Source: Octopus sinensis
Lineage: Eukaryota
Assembly (NCBI RefSeq): GCF_006345805.1
Contig: NC_042997.1
Span: forward strand, 33,542,001 to 33,606,000
Direction of reading: 5' to 3'
DNA length: 64,000 nt
The position numbers were made by a program, and so were the translations under genes. Under the pieces are notes generated by a model. That model was not told the origin of the DNA. It saw only the letters and a program-made list of their open reading frames with translations, and searched no databases. Position 1 is the stretch's first letter. The number at the start of each line of letters is the position of its first letter. Positions 51,751 through 64,000 of the stretch are shown here, one piece after another.

Positions 51751-53164
51751 TACCTGCTGGCATGAGTTGAAAGTACCCTCATCGTCTCAGTCAGTTATTT
51801 GGAGTTGTTGCCCTTCTAGACAGATCAAGGACCACTTCTCATTCGTATGTTCCAGTTTTAGCATGGCTTCTATGACTTTCTAATGCCAACCACTCTACAG
51901 AGGATATTGAGTTCATTTATTGTAGCTCTAAAGCTAAAGAGATCGCCCTGTCCTTGATAAGAATAAAGGGTCTTCTTGCTTGCTATCTCCATTCATTTTT
52001 GCCACCCTCTTTACAGTGCATAATCATCATCATTTAACATCTGTTTTCCATGCTGGGTTAGACAGTTTGACTGGAATTGGTAAGCCAGAGCGTTGCATCA
52101 GGTTCCAGTCTGACTTGCCATGGTCTCTATGGCTGGTTGCCCTGCCTAACACCAAACAATCCAAGAGTGTAATCGGTACTTTACATGCCACTGGCAACAG
52201 CCACGACAACGGTTTCACAGGTGCAATTTACACAACACTGGCAATGGCCACAATTGCGATTTCACATGGCTTGACGAGTCTTCTCAAGCACAGCATATCG
52301 CCAACAGTCTCAGTCATTTGCCATCGCCTCCGTGAGGCCATCACCTCTGTGAGGTAGTGTGTGCATTTAACCATGGCACCAGCACAAGAGGGGAAGGGGT
52401 CATTCTCAACAAGACTAATGAGTTCTATCTATTCTACATTTATTCAAGGCAATGTAACAGAGAGAATGAAAGAGAGAGAACCAGTGTGATAAACATAGAA
52501 ACTACAATGAGGAAAACAGTGCTGGAGGATGTATTAAAGGGCAAGAGACAGAAGTATGCAGCTTCATGTTGGTTGTTGATGAAGAGATTGAATAGAAAAA
52601 CAGCATGAGTGGTAATGTGGGGAAGAGAGATTCATAGCAAAGAGTTCATGCCTCAGTAGTTGCCTCTTTCTTGATCAGATCCTTTGTCTTTGAAGTAAAT
52701 GATGATGAAATAGCTACGACAATCACTGAATATGACAGCTTCTGATATTACCAGCTTAACTATGTAATTGATTTCCTTTATTAGTTACTAGCGGGACCCA
52801 TGAATATTTCGTGAAATTAATGGCAAACCTCTTGGGTTATTTCTGAAAACGTTATCCAAAAAATCTGAAAGTGTAGTCTGTGTTGTGTCTGTACAGAAAG
52901 CTAGTCGCACATCTGTTACTCATTGAAAAGTGAAAGAAATTGGAATACAATGACTACTTAATGCAGTTTATATATACACGTTATGCACAATTTTATAGAC
53001 GTAATACTCAGCACTCACAAAATAAATATTCACTCTTCTTTTTCCATTTTTCCCCACAAACAAACAAAAAATCCCATACATATGATACAACCTTTAGTTA
53101 AATTGTATATATCTACCACATAAATATTTCATGGAATTGCACTTATGTGCATGCGTTAAGTAAT

Positions 53165-53583
53165 ACTCTCGTTTACTCTTTTACTTGTTTCAGTCATTTG
53201 ACTGCGGCCATGCTGGAGCACCGCCTTTAATCAAGCAACTCAACCCCGGGACTTATTCTTTGGTAAGCCCAGTACTTATTCTATCGGTCTCTTTTTGCTG
53301 AACCGCTAAGTAACAGGGACATAAACACACCAGCATCGGTTGTCATGCAATGCTAGGGGTACAAACACAGACACACAAACACACACACGCATATATATAT
53401 ATATATATACACACATATACGACAGGCTTCTTTCAGTTTCCGTCTACCAAATCCACTCACAAGGCTTTGGTCGGCCCGAGGCTATAGTAGAAGACACTTG
53501 CCCAAGGTGCCACGCAGTGGGACTGAACCCGGAACCATGTGGTTGGTAAACAAGCTACTTACTACACAGCCACTCCTGCACCT
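53165..53583 (-). mobile_element. SINE family A
   Basis: Near-consensus copy. Confidence 0.88.
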
Positions 53584-54330
53584 AATAGGTGATAAAAAAA
53601 ACAGTTCAGTAAAAAAAAAATACACCACAACCACCACCACCACCATCATCTCTCTCTCTACCTCTCTTTAACCTCACCATCAGAACATCACCCCTTTGCT
53701 AAAATTATATTTTTAACTCTCCTCCACTACCTTCAACTGACTTTTTTAACCACATAATAAATATTATGTTCTCCCTACCTCATGTTTTTCTCTCCCTCAT
53801 TTTCTTTCTCCCTCTTTCTGACTCACTATTTGCCTTATCCCCTTTTTCTTCCTCTTTTCCTTCAGCTAATCACATGAAAGCATTACAGTTACATTCCCTC
53901 TAACTCGTCATGGATGCTCCTCTCTCCCTCTTTCCTTTCTCCCTATTTTTTTCTCTAATCACGTGAGAGAATTAGTGACTGGCTAAGCAATGCAATGACA
54001 AACAGAATTATCATAAGATTTCTTTTAAGCCTCTCAGCAACTACATCTGAGGGACCAGTTGCTTTCTCTGCTACCATATCCTTAATCATACTTTTGATTC
54101 AAACAGCTGACAATCTCAACAGCTGTCTGCTCCAACCTGTGTAACTAAGAAAAAAAAACAGGTTTGATTTCTTTGAAGTGATAATGGTTAGCATCAGGAA
54201 AAGTATCCAGTGACTGAATCAATAATTCCAGCAACAACAACAAAAAAAAAACCCATAAGAACCATCAAAACCCCTGGTTTATGACTTCAATTTTGGTTTA
54301 AGGATGTACCCCAGTGATAAATGTGGGAAA

Positions 54331-54900
54331 TCTTTATATATATAAAACTGAGAATGTGTATCTGTCTGTCTGTCTGTGTGTTTCCCTAAAATTTTAGAAC
54401 TACAAAACCAATTTCATTCAAATTTTACACATGCCTTACTTAGGGTCCGGGGAGTGTCATCGGCAAAATATTTTTTAACTTTTTGCCTAGGGCGAGCCCA
54501 CAGCAATATCATATCTTCTCCACTACGATTCCCTAAAACTTGAGAACTACACAGCCAATTTCATTCAAATTTTACACATGCCTTACATGAATGGGAATAA
54601 ATTAAAAATAAAATTAGCGTGCAGAAATGGAATAGTCCAGATGGATAATAAAAAAATTAAATTAAAGAAAAGACTATTGTCTATAAAGTATACAATGTAG
54701 AGAAAAAAGAGGAGCTAACAATTCCAGTTATATATTTTGAGTATTGTTATCACTAGCGATATCAAGGTATAACTTTGTATTTTGCATTTTATGTGGAAAT
54801 GTATATATATATAGATGTACATGTAATATGTACACATATATATACACATATATACATACACTAGCACTATGACCCGGCAACAACGGGTCTTTAATGCTAG
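54331..54900 (+). mobile_element. Probable non-autonomous Helitron with an internal ~57-bp direct repeat
   Basis: A|TCTTTATATATATAAAAC start, (TCTG)n, a block repeated at about 54383 and 54530, and an end of gacccg/cgggtc hairpin plus CTAG|T. That the two ends belong to one element is inferred. Confidence 0.6.
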
Positions 54901-55622
54901 TATTATATAAAAAAAAACATCAAGAAAGAAATAACCTGTCAAAGAAACTAAGAAAGAAAAAATTACACTCTTCATTAAAGAAAACAATCGAAACATTAAA
55001 TCAAAAGCCCTTTGCTGATACCATTCAGGTTTTATAATTAATAATAGACTATATTCAAAATGTTTATTTAATAACATCCGTAGAATATTATTGTGTTGTA
55101 TATGAGGTCATTGCTTTCTCAACTCTGTACTGATTGTTTGTAGTAGAGACAAGTTGCCTTCCTTTAAGTGATCTAAGGTTGTTAAATAGAATAATGTCAA
55201 GGGTTTGAAGTGGAGAGTTGAAATTCAGAGAAATAATGTCTATGCTATGATAAAAAAAAAAAATGTTTTATCTTCTGTGAATTGTTACAGCTAAAAGTGT
55301 GAGGTGCTGAATTGAAACAAAGTGTGAATGACAAGGCTTTCTTTAGTTGAAAGTATAGGTGAAACATTATCTATGAAATGATAATGCAAATCAACTAAGT
55401 GTAAAAGCACTAGTAAATTGTAGAGCTACATATGTAAAGAACAACACTAGTGGGATGTAAAAGTGCCATAAATTATGTGACAGCCGCTGACAACTAGAGT
55501 GCAAATAAGCCAAGGAATACTTGAGTAGGGTTAAGATATAATTTTATAATGTTCCAAAGATATGTCACTATATTTAGTGAAGTCATCAGAGGTTGCAGAC
55601 ACCAAACTTATGTCAACTTATA

Positions 55623-56037
55623 GGCATAGGAGTGGCTGTGTGGTAAGTAGCTTGCTTACCAACCACATGGTTCCGGGTTCAGTCCCACTGCGTGGCACCT
55701 TGAGCAAGTGTCTTCTACTATAGCCTCGGGCCGACCAAAGCCTTGTAAGTGGATTTGGTAGACGGAAACTGAAAGAAGCCCGTCGTATATATGTATATAT
55801 ACATATATATATATATGTGTGTGTATATGTTTGTGCGTCTGTGTTTGTCCCCCAACATCACTTGACAACCGATGCTGGTGTGTTTATGTCCCCGTAACTT
55901 AGCGGTTCGGCAAAAAGAGACTGATAGAATAAGTACTAGGCTTACAAAAAATAAGTCCTGCGGTCGATTTGCTCGGCTAAAAGGCGGTGCTCCAGCATGG
56001 CCACAGTCAAATGACCGAAACAAGTAAAAGTAAAAGA
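55623..56037 (+). mobile_element. SINE family A
   Basis: Near-consensus copy. Confidence 0.88.
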
Positions 56038-56842
56038 AACTATCTACTGAGATACAATTTTAAGGAAAGGTAGTAAGGGGGGGGAATATATATAAAAAAA
56101 ATAATTGAAATAAAACTCAAAGAGAAACGGAAGAAAATGAAAATTTTGATTTTTAAATCCTTCCATACTACAATTGGACTTGAAGGCTAATAAAAATTCC
56201 CTGGTAGTTGAATAGATTTGAACTAAGACAAAGGTTAAAAAAACAGTAGCAGCTTCTATTTATATATAAATACTATATTATCTACAACACCACCACAAAG
56301 GACACAGTTCCACATTGTATATCAGTGCACTTTAGCACAAACAGCTACAAAATAATAATTATGAATGGGGGTTTTTTGAGAACAAACTTTAAAAGCCCAT
56401 TCACAACCTTAGTCGAAATACCAGACAGCTATTACTGGAATATTTAAAGAGAAGATTACCAGTCTGTTGAACTGTGAGTCTTGTGAATAATTAGTACTTT
56501 ACTAATGCACTAAGAAGGACTGAAAGAAAGACTGCTTAAGATAGTTCAAAAGCGTCTAACTACACCCTAAAATTAATCATACAATTAAATGTCCAGTTAT
56601 TAGCATGTTCACACTTTGAAATACAAAGTGTTTACTCAAAAGATCTAGTAGCTTGAATGTAATGTATTTAGATGTTGATATGGACATTTGTGGTTGGTTT
56701 TCATCATAATTAAAATAGGAAGAACAAATTCTTTATTAACAATTTCTTATCTTCTGACAAAATGAACAAAAAAAATGTTTAAATGTCAATGAAAATAATT
56801 AGAGGAAGACTGAATACAGATGAAAAAGCGAACTGTTTAGAC

Positions 56843-58035
56843 CAGTGTTTCTCAACCTTTGTACCCTTGCGTAACCCTTAAAATAAATTACATATCTCAA
56901 GGAACCCCTGCACAAAAAAAAATTAAAAACCATATCTTTCTCATATTTTTTCATCGTAGTTCATGAGGTAAATATCAGGAGTGGCTGTGTGGTAAGAAGC
57001 TTGCTCACCAACAACATGGTTCTGGGTCCAGTCCCACTGCATGGTACCTTGGACAAGTGTCTTCTACTATAGCTTCAGGCTGACCAAAGCCTTGTGAGTG
57101 GATTTGGTAGAAAGAAACTGAAAGAAGCCCATCGTATATATATATATATATATATATCTCGAAACTGAACCAAATTCGGTGACTAGCACCTGTGCCAGTG
57201 GAGCGCTAACAGCTCCATCTGAGCAGGATAACTGCCAGAGCAGCTGTCTGGCTTCCGTGCCGCTGGCATGTAAAAAGCACTATTCATGCATGATCACTAC
57301 CAGCGTTGCCTTACAGGCACTTGTGCTGGTGGCACGTGAACAAAACATTCAAGCGAGGTCATTGCCAGTGCCGCTGGACTAACTCCTGTGCGGGTAGCAC
57401 ATAAAAAACACCATTTGAGTGTGGCTGTTGCCAGGATTGCCAGACTGGCCCTCGTACCGGTGGCACATAAAAGCACCCACTACAGTTTTGAATTGGTTGG
57501 CATTAGAAAGGGCATCCAGCTGTAGAAACTCTGCCAGATCAGATTGGAGCCTGGTGCAGCCATCTGGTTCGCCATTCCTCAGTCAAATCGTTCAACCCAT
57601 GCTAGCATGGAAAGCAGACATTAAATGATAATAATGACATATACATGTTTGTGTGTCTGTGTTTGTCCCCCCCCTACCATCGCTTGACAATCAATGTTAG
57701 CGTGTTTACATCACCATAACTTAGTGGTTCAGCAAAAGAGACCGATAAAATAAGTACTAGACTTACAAAGAATAAGTCCTGGGGTCAATTTGTTCGACTA
57801 AAGGCAGTGCTCCAGCATGGCCACAGTCAACTGACTAAAACAAATAAAAGAATATATGGTTGTTATATTTTTTTGATAACATAATAGGTTTGATAGCATG
57901 ATGTCTAGATTACAATAACCAATAATACGTTGTGTATGTATAGTAATATTAGTCATGAAATTAGCATTAGCTTATCTCACACTTTCTCACGGAACCACTA
58001 GGAACCTTTTGTGGAACCCCAGTTGAGAAACGCTG
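56843..58035. mobile_element. hAT-type MITE expanded by nested SINEs
   Basis: TIRs cagtgtttctcaac / gttgagaaacgctg with an exact 8-bp TSD gtttagac (56835-56842 and 58036-58043). Contains family A and family C SINEs. Confidence 0.88.
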
Positions 58036-58214
58036 GTTTAGACAATAACTATAGGAAATTGAGAGAAGAAAAAAAAAAGGATTTGTTGATGCCAATAGCA
58101 GATAAATTAACTCTTTTGATATCAAGCCCCCTAAGACCGCCTCTGGCTTTACGATATGAATGTCCTATTTAAAATTAAAACCCCTCATTTTAATTTAGGT
58201 CCCAAACACCTTAA

Positions 58215-58414
58215 CCCTTTCATTACCAACCCGGCCAAAACCAGCTCTGGCTCAGTAGTATAAATGTCTTGTTTTCATTAGTTTTCCATTAAAATTTACC
58301 ACCAAACCTTAGTCACAATTTATGTTCCTAAGTTATTTTACTAAATTCATTGTTATATTTAAAACAATTGAAAGAAATTTTGAGCATCTCAACATAAATA
58401 CAGTAACAAAAGGG
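58215..58414. mobile_element. TTAA MITE, family 2
   Basis: TTAA|CCC...GGG|TTAA; homologous to 42633-42844 and apparently nested in an older related MITE. Confidence 0.72.
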
Positions 58415-59374
58415 TTAATGCTGATAAAATTATTTCACTAATTTTTCCATTATTTTCAAAATGAATTGAATCCAAGCAAAATTTCAACAGAAATATGTAC
58501 ACAAAAGAGTAAAGGTAAAGAAATTACCAACAACCAAAGCCTCTAGAACTGCCTGACAAACAAATTTCAGACTAATAGTTTGGCCATCATGATGTTCTTG
58601 GCAGTAGTTACTCAAATGTCACCCTATTTCACCTCTGTAAATCACACTGCAAATAATGCAGTAGATGAAGAAACTCTAAGCATGTTGAAATAGAGGAAGT
58701 TACGATGTGTTCTGTACCTAAACCATAATTTTTTCAATGCTTATTGTTTCTCTCGATGAACAAAAAAAAAAAAAAGAGACCAAAAAACTCATACAGGAAT
58801 TTAACTCAAATATTCTAAAATTTCTATTTTGGGTTCTCCACAAACTAATAAAGTTAACTATGCTAGAATAAATAACAAAATAGTTTTTGTTAATACTTCA
58901 ACTAAATAATATGCACTAATACACAACAATAATCTTCTCAACAGATGTGTACATGATAATGTGTATCCCCCACCCACAACACATGGATCATTTGAGCTGC
59001 ATGTATTTTAGATGTTACCAGTTAATCAGTTGAAGTAGAAAATACACTGACAGGCAGTATATTTATACTTGATGGCACATAGATCAATATTACAAGTTAA
59101 AATTTCTTCCAATCAAACACTAAAAATGAATGGTTTTTTTTAAAAACAATTTATATTTTTTAGTTATTTTTGAGGTGGCTAGAATATTGTTGAAACTAAA
59201 CTTGTTTTTCTTTGCAAACATTTAAATGCCCCCTAACAGAAAAAAGTGAACAGACACAGTCAAAGGTACATGCCTGAGCAACAGAAAGGCAATATAATGG
59301 AAGTCGAAAATAACTGCAAAATCAATTTCCACAGCTCTGCATGGGCTTTCTGCAATGAGCTGCTTATGACATCA

Positions 59375-59815
59375 TCTTCTCTCTAAATAAACGGCAGTTT
59401 GTCTGTCTGTGTGTCTGTCAGGTTGTACCCTCACCCTGACCACGGCTTTCAACCGATTCTGATGAAACTTGACACACACATAGCCCAATGTCATAATTCA
59501 AAACTAACGCAGTGAAAATTTTGAAAAGTTCACCCAGTTCTGAAAAAATCGATAAATCCAACATGGGGTCGAGAATCTAAGCTTTTTATATGCAACACAT
59601 TTTCTGGGCTGTACATGGGCTGTTCACGCGTTGGGAGGCACAATGATGTTTTCATGTTTTCACCCAAAGGGACAGCTAGGAACATCGTATACGCAGAAGT
59701 ATTCGAGTGAAGAGAAGACATTGCAACCTCCCTAGAGGGAAAGGACTAGATTGGGATTAGTCGTTGCCTACTAGGGGCTCTTACATACCCGGGCAACGCC
59801 AGGCTATGCTGCTAG
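59375..59815 (+). mobile_element. Non-autonomous Helitron
   Basis: A|TCTTCTCTCTAAATAAACGG, (GTCT)n, ... cccgggcaacgccaggctatgctgCTAG|T. Confidence 0.85.
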
Positions 59816-60932
59816 TGTTTAGATAAAAACCACTTCATACAGGTCATCAGTTTTTTTTTTTTTTTGGTGATGGTGAAGAAGTATTCCCTATTTTATAGAA
59901 GTATAACAAGGAAAGCTAATGTTTACACAGGTATTTAAACATAGACAATAGAAGATATAAAGCGAAAGATGTGGGTATTTATGGTATCCACCAATAATCT
60001 AATCCAGTACAATTTCACTGGTCCCATTCTTTACTAATCCCTTTCTTACAATCAACTGTCCATGTATCAGAATCCTTTTGCTCTCAACCTAAATAGCTTT
60101 CATTTTCTCTCCTCACTTCCTGTGCTTATTGTTAAACATAAGACACACACAAAAGATTCTCTTACATACACACACAAGTGAAACATTTCAAAGGTCCTCT
60201 TACACACAAGCACAGGCCTAGTACTGTAGTGAGGCACATAAAAGAGCTGTCATTTTGTTAGTGCCTGTCCCATAAAGTTTAAGTAGATATTTATCATTGT
60301 GCTAGTCATGAGATAAACTACATTCAAAATATACAGAATATAGTTTACTATTGTAATCTATAATTCCATCTACAAATACAGACTAGGTGGGTGGATGGAT
60401 GGATAGAGGTAGAGTGTGTGTGTGTGAGAGAGAGTGAGGTATAGTTACAGACATAGCTGCAGAGTTAAAAAGTTCACTTCCATTGCACAGCACCTTGGAC
60501 AGGTGTCTCCTACTATAACAGTGAGTTGACCAATGCCTTGCTAGTGACTTTGGTGAGTGAGTGAAAGAAAGAGAAGTGAATACTAACATTCCACAGGTTT
60601 GCTAGACACTGAGTGAAAAAGTGCTAAGTTTAGTACTGATATTACGGACACTTGCTTTGTGCTTTCAAACCAATGATATGAAAAAAAAAAATGTTACTTG
60701 AAAAACAGGTAAAGGTTCGTGATAGGAAGAGCCTGACTGTAAATTCTTGCCTTAAATAAATCCTCATCCAGCTTATGCTAGCATGGAAAAATGGACATTA
60801 TACAAATGTGTGTTTGTGTGTGTAAACAGGAAGGACATTTAGCTATAGAAAATCTACCTCAACAAATTTCATTTGACCCATGCAAACATGGAAAAGAGGA
60901 TGTTAAATGATGATTATGTGAAGATATGTATG

Positions 60933-60964
<32 letters not shown>

Positions 60965-60970
<6 letters not shown>

Positions 60971-61165
60971 ATCCAAACATGAAAACACAAAGAGAAAACA
61001 CAACAACGCGAGGACGTGGAACAAATATAGTATTATTGGATGCTCAGGAAAGAAGGGTTCAACATTTCGAGCGGGGCTCTTCGTCGGAAACATAGGAGAA
61101 GGAAAGATCCAGAAAAGGGAAGACAGAGGGAGAAAAATTGCCAACGGTACACACGCGGTCACATT
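60965..61165 (-). mobile_element. Probable Penelope-like terminal fragment in (TA)n, with a hammerhead-like motif at 61057-61091
   Basis: Minus strand gttt CCGACGA a gagc-ccc-gctc GAAA tgt t gaac; flanked by (TA)n on both sides. Confidence 0.55.
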
Positions 61166-61390
61166 TATATATATATATATATAAAGAATGCAGTTGTGTA
61201 AAACTGGAACAATAAACAGAACAAAGTTGCAGTTTTACCTTGCGTTTCTATATTCTGGGCTGAAGAACCCTTCTTCAGGACATTCAGAAAATTGTAGTAT
61301 ATTTTGTACCTTCTTGAATTGTTCCTGCTTTACACAACTGCATTCTTTGAATTATTCTTCTCAATGCTTCACAAAAACTACTTCATTTCT

Positions 61391-61437
<47 letters not shown>

Positions 61438-61764
61438 GAACACAAAGTTGTATTTAAAAAACATTTTACCTGTTTAAAATTTAACCTGAAGTTGGTGGAT
61501 TATATGTTGTGATATAATCTAATACATCAATAAAATTCTGAAACAGCTGTCATAAATTTTAAATTCCATTTGTGTTCTCTTTTTATACCTACATCACACC
61601 TGAAACCAACCCCAGAGACAGAGCTACAGTTTAAACTGGAATTGATACTTATATATCTATAGTATCCTACTAATACTTGATACTTTCATTGTTTTCCTCA
61701 CCATGTTATTGTACCTAGCCATTTCTAGTGTACATGTTTATGTGCCTAGGTTCTATTGAATCTC

Positions 61765-61837
<73 letters not shown>

Positions 61838-61840
<3 letters not shown>

Positions 61841-62140
61841 GGCGCAATGGCCCAGTGGTTAGGGCAGCGGACTCGTAGTTGTAGGATCGCGGTTTCGATT
61901 CCCAGGCCGGGCATTGGGAGTGTTTATTTGAGAGAAAAACACCTAAAGCTTCATGCGGCTCCAGCAGGGGGTGGTGGTGATCCCTGCTGTACTCTTTCGC
62001 CACAACTTTCTCTCACCTTTCATCTGTTGGCCTGCTTGCTTAGCCAGCGGGGTGGCGTCATTTGAAGGCTAAAACAATGCGAAGCACATTGTGACCAGCG
62101 ATGTGTAGCAACATCTGATAGCCTGGTCAGTCACGGTGAT
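61838..62140 (+). mobile_element. tRNA-derived SINE family D, tail type 2
   Basis: Same head and first roughly 180 bp as the 30771 copy, but an unrelated 3' part. Confidence 0.82.
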
Positions 62141-63174
62141 ATATATATATGTATATATCTTAGTGAAATTTGAGATATACCGGTAAATCATTAAAATTAC
62201 CTATTCACTGCACTTACCATTCTATCAGAGGTTTTCTTTAGTGGGTAATCAGCAACATTAACCTTTTAATTCTTTTCTTTTTTTATTATTTTTGTTTAAG
62301 ATAAAGGGAATTCTTCCTTTTCACAAGCTAACGATGGTGCACTTCAGAGTCATTCATAGAACCATACAACCATGGCAAAGGGACTGTGCCTCTGTAGATT
62401 ATACTCAGACACACAATTTGAAATGCTTAATGCAGTAATATTTGAATTATGAAACTGTGTTTGATCCAACATGAATCAGTTTTTTTAATAAACTCTGATT
62501 AAAACTGAACAAAATTCAAAGCCATTTAATTAATTTGGTACCTGTGCTATGCTGTCAGGGATCTGGTATATATTTCAAGAGTATAACAATTGTTTTTTTG
62601 ACTCTCATAACTGGATGCTTGGGAATGGAAAACATGATTACAAAAATGAGGTGGTATAGATTCTAAATGAATGTGCTTTGCCATCAATCTTGTGATCCCA
62701 AAATGGAAAAACAATTGTACGGATAATAAGTTTTACACACACACATTTAACAAGTTTCAATAGTAGAGTATAAATGTATTACAGGAAGAAACGAACCAAT
62801 GAAAGTTGTAACCCTTTTCAGTTACATTCCATACAATTAGTACTAGACACTTTATTGCTGATATCAACCTCAAAGTTTTTCTCACATATATACTTTGTTT
62901 TCAGGAATAAACTCTTTCAATGTCTATGAGAGAATTTCAAGTACAATGAAAACTAAAAGTACAAGACAAATATATTGTAACTAAACACACATTAAACATC
63001 TATATTTTCCCTAAAATAGCAATACAGCAAAGCAACTCAATGTGAATAAGAACATATGTTAAATACCTCTTCCATCAACCAAATAATTCTCTGTCTTTCT
63101 TACTCCAAACCAGAAAATATATTCTACCTATGACAATCTTCATAAAATTCTTCACACAAATTCCATAAGAAAGG

Positions 63175-63205
<31 letters not shown>

Positions 63206-63294
63206 GAAATCAAGAGGAGTGAGGAGCTCAGAAAATCGTGACCAGCCCAGTTGAAGGTAATGCGAAAAATAATATATATATATATATATATATT

Positions 63295-63622
63295 ATGCCA
63301 GCCTCATCTGGCACCTGTGTCGGTGGCACATAAAAACACCATCCGAGCGTGGCCGTCTGCCAGCCTCGTCTGGCACCTGTGTCGGTGGCACATAAAAACA
63401 CCATCCGAGCGTGGCCGTCTGCCAGCCTCGTCTGGCACCTGTGTCGGTGGCACATAAAATCACCCACTACACTCTCGGAGTGGTTGGCGTTAGGAAGGGC
63501 ATCCAGCTGTAGAAACACTGCCAGATCTGACTGGCCTGGTGCAGCCTTCGGGCTCCCCAGACCCCAGTTGAACCGTCCAACCCATGCTAGCATGGAAAAC
63601 GGACGCTAAATGATGATGATGA

Positions 63623-63625
<3 letters not shown>
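63295..63625 (+). mobile_element. Repeat family C with near-identical 62-bp tandem units
   Basis: gcctc recurs at 63301, 63363 and 63425; body and (GAT)n tail run into a long (TA)n. Confidence 0.85.

Positions 63626-63708
<83 letters not shown>
63626..63708. repeat. Long (TA)n microsatellite
   Basis: About 80 bp of uninterrupted TA after a family C tail. Confidence 0.95.
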
Positions 63709-63716
<8 letters not shown>

Positions 63717-63777
63717 GGTCATTACATATTTTCCTTTATTGTAGTAAATTTGACTTACAACTGTTTCCGGTAGTCAT

Positions 63778-64000
63778 TGAGCTGGCAGAAACGTTAGCAT
63801 GCCGGGCGAAATGCTTTGCGGCATTTCGTCTGCCGTTATGTTCTGGGTTCAAATTCCGCCGAGGTCAACTTTGCCTTTCATCCTTTCGGGGTCGATTAAA
63901 TAAGTACCAGCTACGTACTGGGGTCGATATAATCGACTTTATCCCTTTGTCTGTCCTTGTTTGTCCCCTCTGTGTTTAGCCCCTTGTGGGTAGTAAAGAA
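63778..64000 (+). mobile_element. SINE family B running off the window end
   Basis: Same head and central motif as other family B copies. Confidence 0.85.

Noticed and set aside
52788-53160. actagcgggaccc, a possible minus-strand Helitron 3' end
   Set aside because: Hairpin degraded and no matching 5' TC end identified.

Overview
AT-rich, repeat-dense animal DNA. The SINE repertoire suggests a cephalopod, probably Octopus (inference). The only host-gene sequence I can support is a 61-bp minus-strand exon at 32408-32468 encoding [20 protein letters not shown], the P-loop exon of the small GTPase ARL5. I found no other ARL5 exon, so the window is probably very long ARL5 introns. These are filled with several tRNA-derived SINE families (labelled A-F here for convenience), RTE and CR1 LINE fragments, a decayed Helitron2/Helentron coding remnant (DUF6570-like region plus OTU protease), non-autonomous Helitrons, an internally deleted mariner, and hAT, TTAA and TA MITEs, often nested. 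The most unusual signal is a set of short inverted or palindromic inserts carrying minimal type-I hammerhead-ribozyme-like motifs of the Penelope type (39208-39531, 49145-49353, 50311-50822, 60965-61165, possibly 61183-61348). One of them has a tRNA-derived head, suggesting a SINE-like family mobilised by Penelope-like elements. All folds and family names were read by eye and need computational confirmation. SINE and LINE boundaries are approximate; termini with stated TSDs were counted.
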